64,000 nucleotides of DNA, taken from NCBI GenBank assembly GCA_964276515.1, contig OZ193910.1, positions 868,001-932,000 on the forward strand. The letters run 5' to 3'. Position numbers and translations under genes: made by a program. The number at the start of each line of letters is the position of its first letter. The stretch's first letter is position 1. The stretch is from Gordius albopunctatus (Eukaryota). This document shows positions 49,015 through 62,560 of the stretch, piece after piece. The notes under the pieces were generated by a model. The model made no database searches. It had not been told where the DNA came from and worked only from the letters and a program-made list of their open reading frames with translations.

Positions 49015-51638
49015 ATGAATTTGAATTTTGTAATTATCTTGATTGCAACATACGTCGGAGGTATGGATGGCTATTCGTATTATTTCAAAAGATTTGACGG
49101 CAATTATCCTATTATACTCAAGAAAACAGGTAAAATATCAATATTTTGTCAAAAAAATGTTATAAATTTTTTAATTTATAAATAAAATAATTAATTTTTA
49201 GTATTAAAAATAAGTCGAAATAGTAGTTATAAGTTTATTTGTAAGAAAATTCACACTTTTGAAGCAAATAAATAGTTTTGAGTTTTAGAAAAAACGCTCA
49301 AAAACAAGCTAAAATTGTAACTTTTCTATATATTTTCTTATATTTTTTTTAAAATGAGTTTTAAAAACAAATCTTTAATGCCAATTTAGTCAATAAATCC
49401 TTTCACTTGATTTGATGAAATTTATAGCCATTAGCTTAATGTAACACAAATTGCAAAACCTTTAATGTCACTTTTATTTTAGACATTAATGCATTATTTA
49501 TATATATATGAGGTGAGGGGGGGGGGGCTTGAGAAAAGTTGATTTAATATTTTATAATTACTTTTTTATTTTTTTGACATCCAAAAATATTTTTTTTTTC
49601 GAAAAAAGCAAATTGAAAGGTTAAAAATTTCTTCAGAACTTAATAATATTATTTAATTTTGTATATACCATGGCGTAATTGAAATCTTCATTGTCTAATC
49701 CTACTTAATTAAAAAACTAAAACTTTTACATTTTTTAATGAAATCTTCATACGTACAAACAAATTTTTTAATATAAACTTAATATATTTTTTGCATTTCC
49801 TTTGTTTTTGTTATTTAATTAAATACACATTAAACATACAAAAATTTAAAGTTAATTAAATAAATATTGAAAATCAAAGGTATTTAAAATATAACTATGT
49901 TAATTATAATTAAAAATAATTAAATTTTTAAAATCCAATTTTTTCTCCTATTTTGTAGAAAATAATAAATTATTTATAATATAAAAGGAATTTTTTATTA
50001 CCAAGACTTATCCTTTATGTTATATTATAGCCGACAATTAGGCTGTTGTCTGTGACCATTTAATTTTTTTGTAAGAATTAGATTCTATATAAAAAATGTG
50101 TCTGTTGAACTAAATTCTTTAGTGCCATCTACAAAATAATAAATTTTATAATTTTTATTGATTTTTAATTAATTCTATAAAAGAAGCACTCCTACAATAA
50201 GAAAAAATAATTTATATATGGTTGCAATAGATTTTCACAAAGTGTTATCCCCATTGTTCTCCCTACTAATTAAATATTAATGTCGATAATCTAAGTGAGG
50301 ATTTTTCAAAGATTGAATTCCTTAGAGATTTTATTAAAGTATTTTATAAAATATCAATAAATATGCAGATAGAAAATTAAAAATTTTTAGGAAATAATAT
50401 AAAAAATATTGAATAAATTAATTTAATAAGCTCTATAATTTCATGAATTAGATCATAAATGTTTGCCTTTCCAACCATTTATATGTCCGGATTCTGATGT
50501 CTGTTTGCCCTTACAATACCTATGTGATGATAATAGTGACTGTCCCGATGGCTACGATGAAGATTCAAAACTATGTACTGCAGGTTAATATTTATTTTTT
50601 TTATTAAAAAAAAACAAAAAGTTTTTTGTTATTTATTTTTATTTTTTTTGTCATTTATTACAGATTTTATTATAAAAATATTTTGAGAAATTAGATTAAT
50701 AATTAGCAAAAACAATCTTTTATGGTTAATAAGGAATTTTTTACCTTTTTTAACTAAATTCCAACATGCTTTTCTAATGGATATCTTATTAAACCATGTG
50801 TAAAAATTTGTAAAAATTGTATTGCTTTTAAGGGTTTGCCTTTTACATCAACCTCAAAGTGCAAATTTAATTGAATTAATTAGCCCTTATCTAACTTTAA
50901 ACAGATACCATACCATGGATTTTAATTTTTACTAACAATTAGACCTCATTTTTAATCTTATAAATTTAATTAAAACAACATATATTTTACAATAAGATTG
51001 TTTGTGAGCGATAAGAATGATCATAGCTAAGAGATTGCTGTTGATCTCCTTAATTAAATAATTATATTAAATATATAATTACAAATTTGTCATCTAAAGT
51101 TAATTTGTCTCTTATTAAACGATTTAAAATCTGAAAAAGGGGGCCAAAAATATAATTTGAAAACTGTTTTTTTGTATCTAAAATAAAACATACAATTAGC
51201 TAAAAGACCACCAGTTGATGATATAGCAAGTTTTTTGAAGAAAATGGTGACTGAAAATGGGAAAGAATTTTTATTGAAACTATTCGGGCCCAAGGCATCT
51301 ACCTCTTTGGATCCTCTAGGAGGTGTTGAAAAATTAGCTGTGGCCCTATCAGGTTTTTGAAAACTAAATTTTATTTAAAAATTGAAAACAATTTTATAAA
51401 ATAAATATACACGAAATAATCAAATTTTAATATACTTTTAATAGAAAGTCAAACGCTTGAAGATTTTGCTAAAGCATTCAATTTCATGGCGAACGATGTA
51501 GACCACTTGAAACACATGCTGGTTAACATAGAGATGGGTGATCCTGAAACTTTAAATAGTTTGAAAATTAAAGAAAGTAGTCTCACGGAACTCAAATTTT
51601 TTTTAGATAAATTAATGAAAACTGGGTTTCTAACATAA
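49015..51638 (+). CDS. Prohormone-4 / IDLSRF-like neuropeptide precursor with LDLa domain; exons 49015-49129, 50452-50583, 51200-51352, 51445-51638 (missed by the ORF track)
   Basis: Spliced product: signal peptide MNLNFVIILIATYVGGMDG, LDLa CLPFQPFICPDSDVCLPLQYLCDDNSDCPDGYDEDSKLCTAAKRPPV, LFGPKA..LDPLGGVEKLAVALSESQTLEDF, KFFLDKLMKTGFL; matches the conserved prohormone-4 C-terminus. Confidence 0.9.
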
Positions 51639-53469
51639 AAATTAGTATTCTTATTTATTTCACTTGCACCAAATTCAATGTGTTTTCTTTGATCGCTTTT
51701 GTTAGTAATGTTTAACACACCATTTAAAAATATACAGTCCTAATTTCGTGTAAATCAATGTGTGTTGTAAAATACTTAATTATTAATATTTTTAAATAAA
51801 ATATATTAAAAAGTATTGTTTGCAAGTGTTTATCTTCAATTTTAACACTAACCACCCCCTATATAGTTATCGTATCTGCAGTTGGAATAATTAATTATCA
51901 CTTAACCATTTGATTAATAATAACATGTAATTAAAAGTTTCACCTTTTTTCGCCTGTATCAATCGATATTTGATGAACACAAAATATTATTCGTATTTTT
52001 TCGTTAGATACGTATAAAAAGTTGTTGCCCGGGTTTTGTGTGTGCGTGAGGGTCTAGTTTACGACTTAATTAATAGAGATTTAAGAGGAGCTAAGTTGAT
52101 TGATTAAAAAAATTAGGCTTCTAGCCATGGAAATTTTACAAAATTACAATATTTCGTATTATAGTCATTCATATATATACAAGAATACTCAATTCCTTAT
52201 TGCAATATAATAATTTATAGCCAAGAGGAGCTGGGAGAAGCACCTTCCTCTCTCTGGAATTTGTAAATGTTTATTTATTCTATAAAATTGCGATTAAAAT
52301 CCAAAAAAATCCTTATTATTATTATAATCCTGCCATGATAAAACTTGTAAAATTAGTGAGTGTACTACACCAAATTTAAGTTATCAAAAAATACATAAAT
52401 TCAGTTAATGTATAATGATTGTTCATAAATTATATATATTTAAAATTGTTTACTAATATGAGATTATTCAAACACATTTATCTCAATTTTAAATTAATTT
52501 TTATAGGCATGTCCTCAGATTGAAACGATTTAAGCATTCTTTATAACTTTAAAACAAATTTCTTTGATTGATTAGGTCACATAATATATTAAGCTAATCT
52601 TGAGAGACGTTTGAATTCAGTGGTTATTTGAAAATATATGTTCAAATATTAGTTAAAATTAAATCGAAACTTTATTAAAGTTATATCTAAACTAACTTTT
52701 AAAATAAGGCATCTAAAACAGTTCATTTTCTCAAAAGACAAACACCTGAACGACGAAAAAAAAATAAATTTTATGTTTTGCCCTCCCCCTATTTGAACTT
52801 TTAACTGTTTCGCCCACCCCCCCCCCCCCCCCCCAATCCAAAACCTGGCTGCGCCCATGAAGACAAATATATTGACAAATGGCGACATTAGAATAGGTTG
52901 AAGAGTATATTAAAAAGTATAGCAAATTATAATGCAGAGTGATTTTTTAAAAATGTTGTAACATCAAAGAGAAATTTTAAAGAAAAATGGCTATCAACAG
53001 CAGTGATATATTATTAAATTATATAGAGTAAACTGACTAGGCTGCTACAATTATAGACTCTGATAGGGGAGATAAGACGTTTTGTATTATTAGACAGTAC
53101 TATTACTTTGAAATGTCTTGTAAAAAGTATGAAAAATAGACTATTCATTTATTTTTAATTAGAACAAGGAAGAAATAGTATTATATGTTATTGTTATGTC
53201 TAAGTACTGCCATATAAACAAATCTATATAGGTTACCTACAATTATGCTTAAGGCGTTGCCTTATTGGGCCATTTATATGAATATACCTAACTCACATTC
53301 ATTAAATGTTAAAAACTTAAATACATGAAGGGCCAAGAGCACATTAGTACGGTCGTTGGTATGGGTTCTTAATTTTTGATTAAACTTTTTATTATTCAAA
53401 ATGGTATTAAATATATTAACTAATTTTTTGATTTCTTTAGATAAGATTTTAATCTTTATTTGTGATTCG

Positions 53470-55090
53470 TTTTAAAAAAACATACAAGAGACTAGAGTTG
53501 TTAAATTGCTAACTTTCTTCAAACTCCAGACGCGAGCACGCACACTGAGTTGCTTAATATGCGCGTTAACACAATATGTGCTCGCTGTTTGGTGCACTAG
53601 GCGGAGCAGTAGCATATAAAAATGCTCGAGGGACGAGCAGAAACTCGAGCAGATGGGAGCTGGAGTTGAAGAAAATTAGCAATTTAACAACTCTACAAGA
53701 GACAGTAGGATTTAAACTATTTTACAATGGTGACCAAACCGCAACGGGGCCGGTATCGTTCTAAGCAAATCGTTCAAAGACAATGTAGTGGAAGTCTTCC
53801 CGAACATAAGTGTGATCGGACTATTTCATGAGGATAAAGTTAGGATCAAATTAAAAAAAGAAAAAGCCTATGGTAGCATTGCTCGGATGCCGTGATAAGG
53901 GAGTTACGACTATGCCGAGCCTCTTTAACAAGATATTGGTAAAAGCGCGAATTCCCAAAAAATGTATACCCTTATTTAAAGGCAAAGGAGATTCTCACGA
54001 CTGTGGCAATTTGAGAGGTATCAAACTAACTTGCCACTCCTTGAAGCTTATGTAAATAATGTAACAAGGTTGTAAAACCAGATGGAAATATCGGCTAATC
54101 AATTCGGATTTATGGCCGACAAATCCACAATCGACAAAATTCTCGCACTCAAATGATATGTAAATATGGTGAAAAACATATGATCTTTATCGACTTGGAG
54201 AAAGCTTATGACACGGCCCCTCGCATTTTAATATGATGGTGCTTGAAAAAACAAAATATCTGTTAGGCTTTAATAAATATTTATGAAGGCTCGAATTCGG
54301 GCATTAGGACGACAATTAGAGACTCTAAACCTTTTTCGATGGAAATTTGATTACATGAAGGATCGGCTCTCAGTCTCTTTTTATTTAATATAAATATAGA
54401 CACGCGAACGGGAAACATTCAAAAGCCATCATTACGGTGTATGCTATATGCCGATGATATAGTATTATGCGATTATACAAAGAAGAAAGTATTCGAAAAA
54501 GCCGAAAAATGGTCATAGCGCTTACCTGGATATGCTTTAAAGGTCAGTGATCGAAAGGCGGTATAGAGATTAACGTTACAGGCAGACCATCGCTAGATGA
54601 TCATCTAAAGTAACCAAAAGTAGACAGGTTTACACACTTTCTCTCGATGTTACATCAAGAAGCAGGTTGCGTATCAGAAGTCAATGCCCGAATTCATAAA
54701 GTAGCTTAGATGGCGAAGTATATCGGGTGTAATGTGCGACAATAAAATGCCAATATGGCTGAAGAGCAAAGGAGATGAGAATGATACATTGGAGCTTGGG
54801 GTATAGTAAGTTCGACCAAATGACAAATGACTTTCTCATGATAAAAATAGGTATTTACCCTACGGCGGACATGATTAAGCAAATCGGCTAAGTTGGTATG
54901 GGCATATACTACTAGACATTAAAGTACCTGACAAGAGTGGAGGCGAACTCGTGTCACGTGGAAGGGAAAGTCGAAAAGTTAGAAAATATAAGAAGATTAA
55001 TTTATACATGGCACTTACCTGATCAAGATGGAATAAACTCATCAAAACAAACCCCACAACTGAGGGTCTAAATACAATACTTGATAGAGA
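53470..55090 (+). mobile_element. Degenerate RTE LINE with an endonuclease remnant and a stop/frameshift-riddled RT
   Basis: GFKLFYNG...GIVLSKSFKDNVVEV (APE remnant ~53705-53800); CGNLRGIKLTCHSLKL, NQFGF, FIDLEKAYD, MLYADD colinear with 1-1259. Confidence 0.85.
53493..53695. mobile_element. Second copy of the TAGAGTTG-TIR hAT MITE, 8-bp TSD CAAGAGAC
   Basis: Near-identical to 16230-16438; CAAGAGAC at 53485-53492 and 53696-53703. Confidence 0.93.
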
Positions 55091-55993
55091 AAAAATAAAT
55101 AAATTGTTTTTTTTTATTTTAAAAAGTGTATTGTGACTTGAGCGTAGTCTTTTATTACTAAAGGCCTCTTTTGAATTTTATATATGTACTCTCATATAAA
55201 AAAGAATTAGCATTTCAAATTCATATGTTTTATCAAATAGAAAGCCTTTTTTAGGGCTCTCATACAGAAAAAAACAGGATAAGAACAAAACTTTTAGAAT
55301 TGTAAAAGGAAAGATACTGTTGGGGTAATTTATTGCCAATTATATTTATTATATATAAGTTGCAGAAAAGTTTTAAAAAATTAAACGTATTTGTCATCAT
55401 AAACACCCATAAAATAAGATTTTGGATATATCTTAATAACTTCTTCATAGCTATAGTTTCTAGTGGGTTTTAGTCTTAGACTTAAAATTCTCAGGTGCTC
55501 TTTAAATATTGCACCAATATTTTTGAGGCCAGTATAAATGTCTGTCTAACATTTTACTTGAACGAACCTTAGTTTTTGCCACTAAAACTTCAATATTTTT
55601 GCGATGCTGATTTATACACATTTTATATTTTTAATAAGCACAAGTCAATGGTAAAAAGGAATATATTTTATTAAACCCAATCCTTTGTGATCGTGTTATA
55701 CAAAAACGCTTAATCTGCCTAAAAAATTATGATAAAAACGTATTGATAAGTTTGTATAATTTGACCTATTCTGTATAATCTAGATTATCTCTTTTATATA
55801 GGGAATGAATTATTATCACACAAGCAACTTATGTATTTTATTATAAATCTGGGGTGTCAAGTTAATATAGAAATACTCAAAAACTTAGTTAATTACATTT
55901 TAATATCGTTGTTAATTTAAGTGCCATCTCATCTTGTACCCAATTGATGAATTAATTCATATGCCGCTAAATTTAATCGGTTACATTTGAAAA

Positions 55994-58900
55994 ATGGAAA
56001 ATTCTGAAAATACAAAGTAACCTACACATCTATTTATACGTAATATATAGACTGATCTATCTGTTTAAATTATAAAATTTTTATACGATTTGTTTTTGAA
56101 ATTTATATATATTTATTTTAAATTTAATTTATATGGCTTTTAAACAGTTTATGATAAATAATATAATGTAATCACAAAATATTATTATATGTCCATTGTT
56201 TAAAACTAACAGTGCTAAAAATTTTAAATAAACATGACTTAATATGACTATTCTATCTTAAAATAATTTAAACTTAAATATATGATTTATGAAACCTAAA
56301 CTTGCTATTATAGGCTTTATAAGAGATAATTACAACAAATTATTTATAATATTATGATTGATTAGCTTATTAAAACTTATTTAATATGTTGATGTATTAA
56401 GTTAGTAAATTTCTTTAAATAATAGGGGTATGTCCGGGATTCCTAAATTAAACTCCCTTCCAAAACTGCCATTTTATCAACTCAAAGATGTAGCTAGACA
56501 ATCAAAATGGCCACAAAACAATGTCAATCCCACACAAACAAGAGCTCAAATTGTCAGATCTACATTGGCTGTCATCGATAACAACCTACCTTGTGCAAAC
56601 AAAAATTTGGCTATGCTCAAGGCAAAGCAATTGGTCAGGCGTAGTTTGACTACCACAAATCGTAAGAGACCTCAAGCCCCTAATACCTTGCCAACAATCG
56701 ATAAATTAGCGAAAATTGGACCTCAAACTAACACCATAAAGCGCCCAGTACCCCAGCCTATAACGGGCCGTGCTATGGCATCTAAAAAAGTGAAAGTAGA
56801 CGGTGTAATTCCTCCCAAGCTTAGCTTCACCAAAAACAAAGTTCTCACTACCGGCGATAGAATTAAAGCTCTCACCACGGAGAACGAGAAGCTAAAAATT
56901 GATTGTGAGCGTCACAAAATTGCTATGGCCAAACAAGGTTCTGAATTACGTGATCAAGGCTTAGCCTTAAAAAACGCATTAACAGCCCAACAATCATTCT
57001 CTGCCCTGCAATCTCGTTTGGAGAATGCGCTGAGCATCGAGTCTAACCTCAAAGAAGCTGCTCTTAAGGCCGAAGCTCTAGCCAGGTCCGAGCTTGGGGA
57101 TGTGACACTCGAGCGCGACGCTCTAAAATTAAGCTTGACCAACGCCGAACAGCGGGAAACAACGCTACAGCGCGACTTAGAGGTGTCACGGGCTGGCGCA
57201 ACGGAGTCTTTAAAATGTAAATTGGCTTTAGAAAATAGATGTTTTGAACTTACCCAAGCAATGGAAGCGGCTAACGCTCTACTCTCCGAGCGTCAAGCTC
57301 GTCTCGAAGCTGACCAGCATAAGCTGGAAGCTTTGGGAGAGCGTCTACGCCAAGCTGAAACCCTCAGACGCTTGATGCATAACCGCATTCAAGATCTGAA
57401 GGGTAACATCCGCGTATTTTGTCGTGTTCGACCGGCGCTGCCCTCAGATTGTAAGAGCGTCAACGCTGGTGTCGCCCAATGCGTGAGAGTTCTCGACGAG
57501 GAGCAAGGCATTTTGGAAGTCTTGAAAAATGGACAGACAGAAAATGGGCACAACGATAACTCAAACCTCTCTTCCAATAGCGACTCCACTGCAGGTTCGT
57601 TAGCTTTTTTACCTACTTCAACAAATTTAATTGGGAAAACTAGGAATTGTTTTTAACGTAAAATTAGGAAACGATCAGGTAATTTACCCAACAAATAAAT
57701 ATTATTTTTGCACTAATAATCGACCTAATATTATATAATGGATTTTCCATGTATTTTAATAATTCACCTGAATAGTCACAGTTCCCCCTTTTACTTTCCA
57801 TAATTATGCCCTTTTTTGATGCCAATCTTAAAGGCGGCGGTGATGACATGTCTATATAATAGTGTTGTAAAAACGACTGGGTTTTGTTTGCTCGACCCCT
57901 TTGGTTCAACTAAGAGACTGACGCTCGCTCCTCCCGGTCTCTTTTTCGAATTTCGACTAAGCGTAGGGGTCGATTAAGGAAAAGAGACTCGATCCAACCT
58001 CCTTTGGTACCTGTTTATGTTTAGTCGACCAATCAAAACCCAGCCCCGCCCGGGTCAGTTGATCTATAATTGTATGCTTTGTGTAATCAAAGGGTAGGTT
58101 TGTTTAGGGTTATTTGGATAAGGAATTAATTGGAAATTGGGCAGCCATGGCTATACCTTTCTCAAGTACCTTCTATACTAATGAGTTACAATCAAATCGC
58201 GATTCAAACTATGTTGTTTATCATCATTCCAAATGTTTGAGAGGTATAGCGGTTTTAAATGGGTCTTAATTTTTCGTTTATACCACGCTGCTGTGGCCAA
58301 GAAGATGCTTTCTGGCGTGCCTTTTTTGGTTTTCACATAAAACATACGTTTTTTGGTGTATATTTTTTAAAAATAATTTTGCTCCCACCCCATTTTGACT
58401 TAATATTTTCGGTGTCGGTTTGGCTTTAAACTATTCACTATGCGGAACTTTAATTTTTGTCAATTAAAAATTTATTGAAAAACTACTTTTTATGTTACAT
58501 TTAAGTCCGCTACGGAGATTACAGGCAACCACTGACAAATTAATTAGTTAAGAAAAATTGTAATTTTAACAACGCATTAGAATCTTAGTCTTCTCTTTCA
58601 ATTATTAATGCATGTGATCGTTCCGATCTCGCCCACGTGCATTTTGTAAGCACGTGATATATTACCCTACCATCCCTTGAAATAAATCTAACGGGTCGGC
58701 CTTTTAGCATGGAATCTATGACGTAAAAAGCATGTATCGGGCTATTGAATTTTTTAACCGTACAATTGCTTCGGCGTTTTAACAATGATTTAAAGGGTAG
58801 CCGTATATATTGTTTCAGTATTTTAACTAAGCTTTGAACCGTTTAAGTTTTGGTAGAGTTTTTGGAAATTAGTTAAACAATTCTACTTTTTGAATGCAGT

Positions 58901-60192
58901 TATCTCGTTTATGTCACCTCACATTTTAAACCCAGATCCTGATAAGTACACTTGAAGGCTCTTTAAAGGCAATGCTTTAAGATTTATTTTTTACGACCTT
59001 AACTTAACATCAACATTTAGTAAATTTTAGCATTCGCTTTGCATGTTACAAAATTTACTGTTTTATTTTAGCCACTCCTTCCCATATCGGAGCTTCCAAC
59101 CTCAGACCGCAGCGAATGACATTTAAATTTGATAAGACATTCGGCCCGGTGGCAACCCAAAGGCATGTCTTCGAGGAAGTATCAGACCTCGTTCAGAGTG
59201 CAATAGACGGGTACAACGTGTGCATCTTCGCTTACGGGGCAACTGGGAGTGGTAAAACGTACACGATGGAGGGCAGTGGCTGGGATGCGGATTCTCATAT
59301 CGCGATGCTGGATGGTGAAACTCAGCACGGTATAATACCACAGGCCTTTAATCTTATATTCGATGCCGTGACGCGATTGGAAAATTTACCTAACGACAAA
59401 TCAGGCGGAGATGTTAAGTACGAATTGACCGCTTCTTACGTCGAAATATATAACGAACGCTTGCGCGATTTATTGGTCCCAGTCGCCTCTACGACAAATC
59501 TGACAAGTCCAAGCTACGAAATAAAGATGGTGAACGGTGAGACGGTCATTTCGCCTCCCGTGACCTCCATTAAGGTGGTGAACGCTGATCAGGTACGCAC
59601 TATCCTGACCCGAGCGTCTGGCAATCGAGCCGTGGCCGAAACGAAGTTGAATCAGTCATCTTCTCGAAGCCATAGCGTATTTCAATTAAAAATAAAAGCT
59701 TGGACCTCTTCTAAAATTACGAGCAGCGCCGCGGAGACTTTGGATCACGGTGCTTGTTTCGTTTCGAGCACGCTGAGTCTGGTAGATTTGGCGGGATCGG
59801 AACGAATCAAGGAATCGGGATCTACGTCGGGCGACCGATTCAACGAAGCTCGCCACATCAACCAAAGCCTCTCCACCTTGAGCAACGTTATTATGGCGTT
59901 AGGAAAGGGAGAAAAGCACATTCCCTACCGAAATTCAAAGCTAACCTACCTCCTTCAAAATAGTTTGGGAGCTGGGAGCAGTAAAACTCTTATGTTTGTC
60001 AACATTTCTCCTTTGGAAGAACAAGTAGGCGAAACGCTTTGTTCTTTGCGGTTGGCAGCAAAGGTTAACACTTGCCACATCGGGGTCGCCACCAAGAAAG
60101 GACCCATCTCCAACAAAAACTCTAACTCTCATACGGAAGAAAGTGGCCCCGCATCATCTTTAAGACCTGTCACCAGGGCAGCTAAAAAATAA
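55994..60192 (+). CDS. KIFC1: Kinesin-14 (KIFC1/Ncd-like) C-terminal motor; exons 55994-56016 (tentative), 56426-57594, 59072-60192
   Basis: Basic tail, coiled coil, neck LRRLMHNRIQDLKGNIRVFCRVRP, FKFDKTF, P-loop YGATGSGKT, SSRSH, LVDLAGSE, HIPYRNSKLT; splice phases fit. Confidence 0.92.
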
Positions 60193-61710
60193 ACATTCTT
60201 TTAAAATGTGATTTAAGAAACCTATTTGTTTTGAATGCATATTCTCCGAGAGTACCGTTTGCTTCGATTGTGTCATATGTCATGTATTTTTTATTATATA
60301 ATTGTAGTATTGACACGACATCGATAATATCTACGCTCTGTCTTTATATGAAAAAATTACTTACAAAAGTAAAGTTCATTGAAAAATTCTGTGTTGATTT
60401 ACCCGACCAAACTTAACAGAACGAAATATGCTTGATTATATACTATAATTTCAAAAGCAAACTTCATTTATCATAAGGTAGATGGTTATTAATTACCATA
60501 ACTTCTTTATCATATCGCCTAACATTAATGGTGTAAATGTTTTTTTAATTAATATGTATGTAGAGACATTAGTTTATTTTAAATTTAATTCCCATAGTGA
60601 CATCCTGTTTCGCTATTTTAGTAAGGAAACTTTGGCTTTTTTGAATTGAAAAGAAATGCTATTTCAAGAGCGAAGTACAAAAGGATTGTCTGCTACATGA
60701 TCTCATAAAAAATATAAATAAAAAACTATGGATCCCATTAGTCACTAGCCAACAAGGACCATAAATTTATCATTATATTTCGCTATTAAGGCCGATTGTT
60801 TTCTGACTTAAAATAAATCTGGATATGTATTTGGCTTTGGACTGTTACCTATCGATTTAAAAAACGCCGATACTTTCTTGCCAAAAATGATGGAACAGGA
60901 AGCTTCTATGGGGATAAAAGAGTTTAGAATGAAAAATATATCGGTATTTAAATGCTTCAAGATTTTGGGAAGAGACTAATACTGTTGGAAGATAGATATC
61001 AACGCAGATGTATTCCCTAGCTAGGAATTTGTCATCCTCCCATGGGCTTAAAGAAGCTCCTGAACGCTTCCTACCTTCGATAGAAGGATCGGATGGTTCA
61101 AGGATTGAGGAAATGACCGTTTTTTTTTAAAGCCGATAGAATCAAAAGGTTTCTGGCGGATAAACCGATATTTATTTATCTTGCAATGAAGTGAATTATG
61201 ACTCAACTGAGCCAAAAACACCTTGTAGTGGTGGTTTAGCTTATACTCTCGTGAACCAAGAAGCTATACCTTTGGTCGCTAAATATAATTTTGTGTTTGT
61301 TACTGGTGGAATCACCCTATTGGCAAGGTTCTTGGTGAAGGGTCAGACTAAAATTTCTAGGATTTTAAGGGGGCGCTTTTTTATTTTAAATTTCGGGCCC
61401 GTTTTAAATTATAAAAATGATATTAAAGTTATATCATAATAAATTATTCAAGCAAAAATCAGACTTTATAAAATTTTTGTGAACACTTATTAAACTTGAC
61501 CATTATACCGATTTTCCGTCATCATATAGCTCATAAAATTTAACATTATTTGTCTATAAACATAATCTACAATATGTGCAAATAAAATTTCGAATATCCA
61601 TATAAATTCATATTCGGTGGTAGTAAATGAATTGGCGATTACACGAATGTTATTAAAACACAATTTGTTTACTCATATTGATATTCAATTTCGATAATTT
61701 TTTTCCTATA

Positions 61711-62560
61711 GCTGTTTGTCACAATTGGTGGTCAGTTCCTTCAAGTAGTTTCTCCACGTATAACTGTACTAACACGAGCTTATTTTTGGCTCGTACCTTC
61801 TCAAATCCGTATCTATTTTATGTCTACATGCTTAGGGCTCCTTCTCTTTCGCTTACCTTCGAAATGCACCTTCTTTATACGTTTAGCCAGATGACTTTCC
61901 TTTCCTCCCGTCTCTCCAAATGGCCATACCATCTCAATCTTCTTACAACCAACTTTCTCTGAATCGAAACTACATTTAGTTTATCGCTTATGTCTTGATT
62001 CCTTATATGGTCCTTTTTGCTTATTCCCAAGATATCTCTTAACATTCGCATCTGCATTGTTGCCAAGCTTTGCTCTTCTTTTGCCTTAATTACCAATGTT
62101 TCCGTTCCATACAATACCCTGGTATAATAACGGTGTTATATAACCCTCCTTCTTTCAATTTGAGTGGCATTTGTTTGTCACATAGGACACCACTCAACTC
62201 CCTGCATTTTAGCGAGCCTGCGTTTATTCTTGCCTTAATTTCACTTTCCACACCTCCATCACATTGTACCCTAGAACCAAGATATTTGAAATCCATCCTA
62301 CACCAGTCATCGATTTGCAGGAGTTGTGTGTTTTTTTGTATCCACTTCCCGACTCTAAGCATGCAAATTCGGTTTCATCTCGGTTGACCCTAAGGCCTTT
62401 GCTTTCAATACGATCAATCCACCCAGACTTTTACTTGCTCCCCATTTCAGGCAGCGCACAGTACTATATCATTCGCAAAGAGCACTGTTCAAGGTTCTTC
62501 GCGTTTCAGGTCCTTAGTTATCGAATCCATTATTGCTATAAAGAGCAATGGGCTTACGCC
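61711..62560 (-). mobile_element. 5'-truncated degenerate RTE copy of the same subfamily as 41593-44060
   Basis: FKYLGSRVQCDGGVESEIKARINAG, RLRWYGHLERRE; DNA colinear with 42330-43150. Confidence 0.88.
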
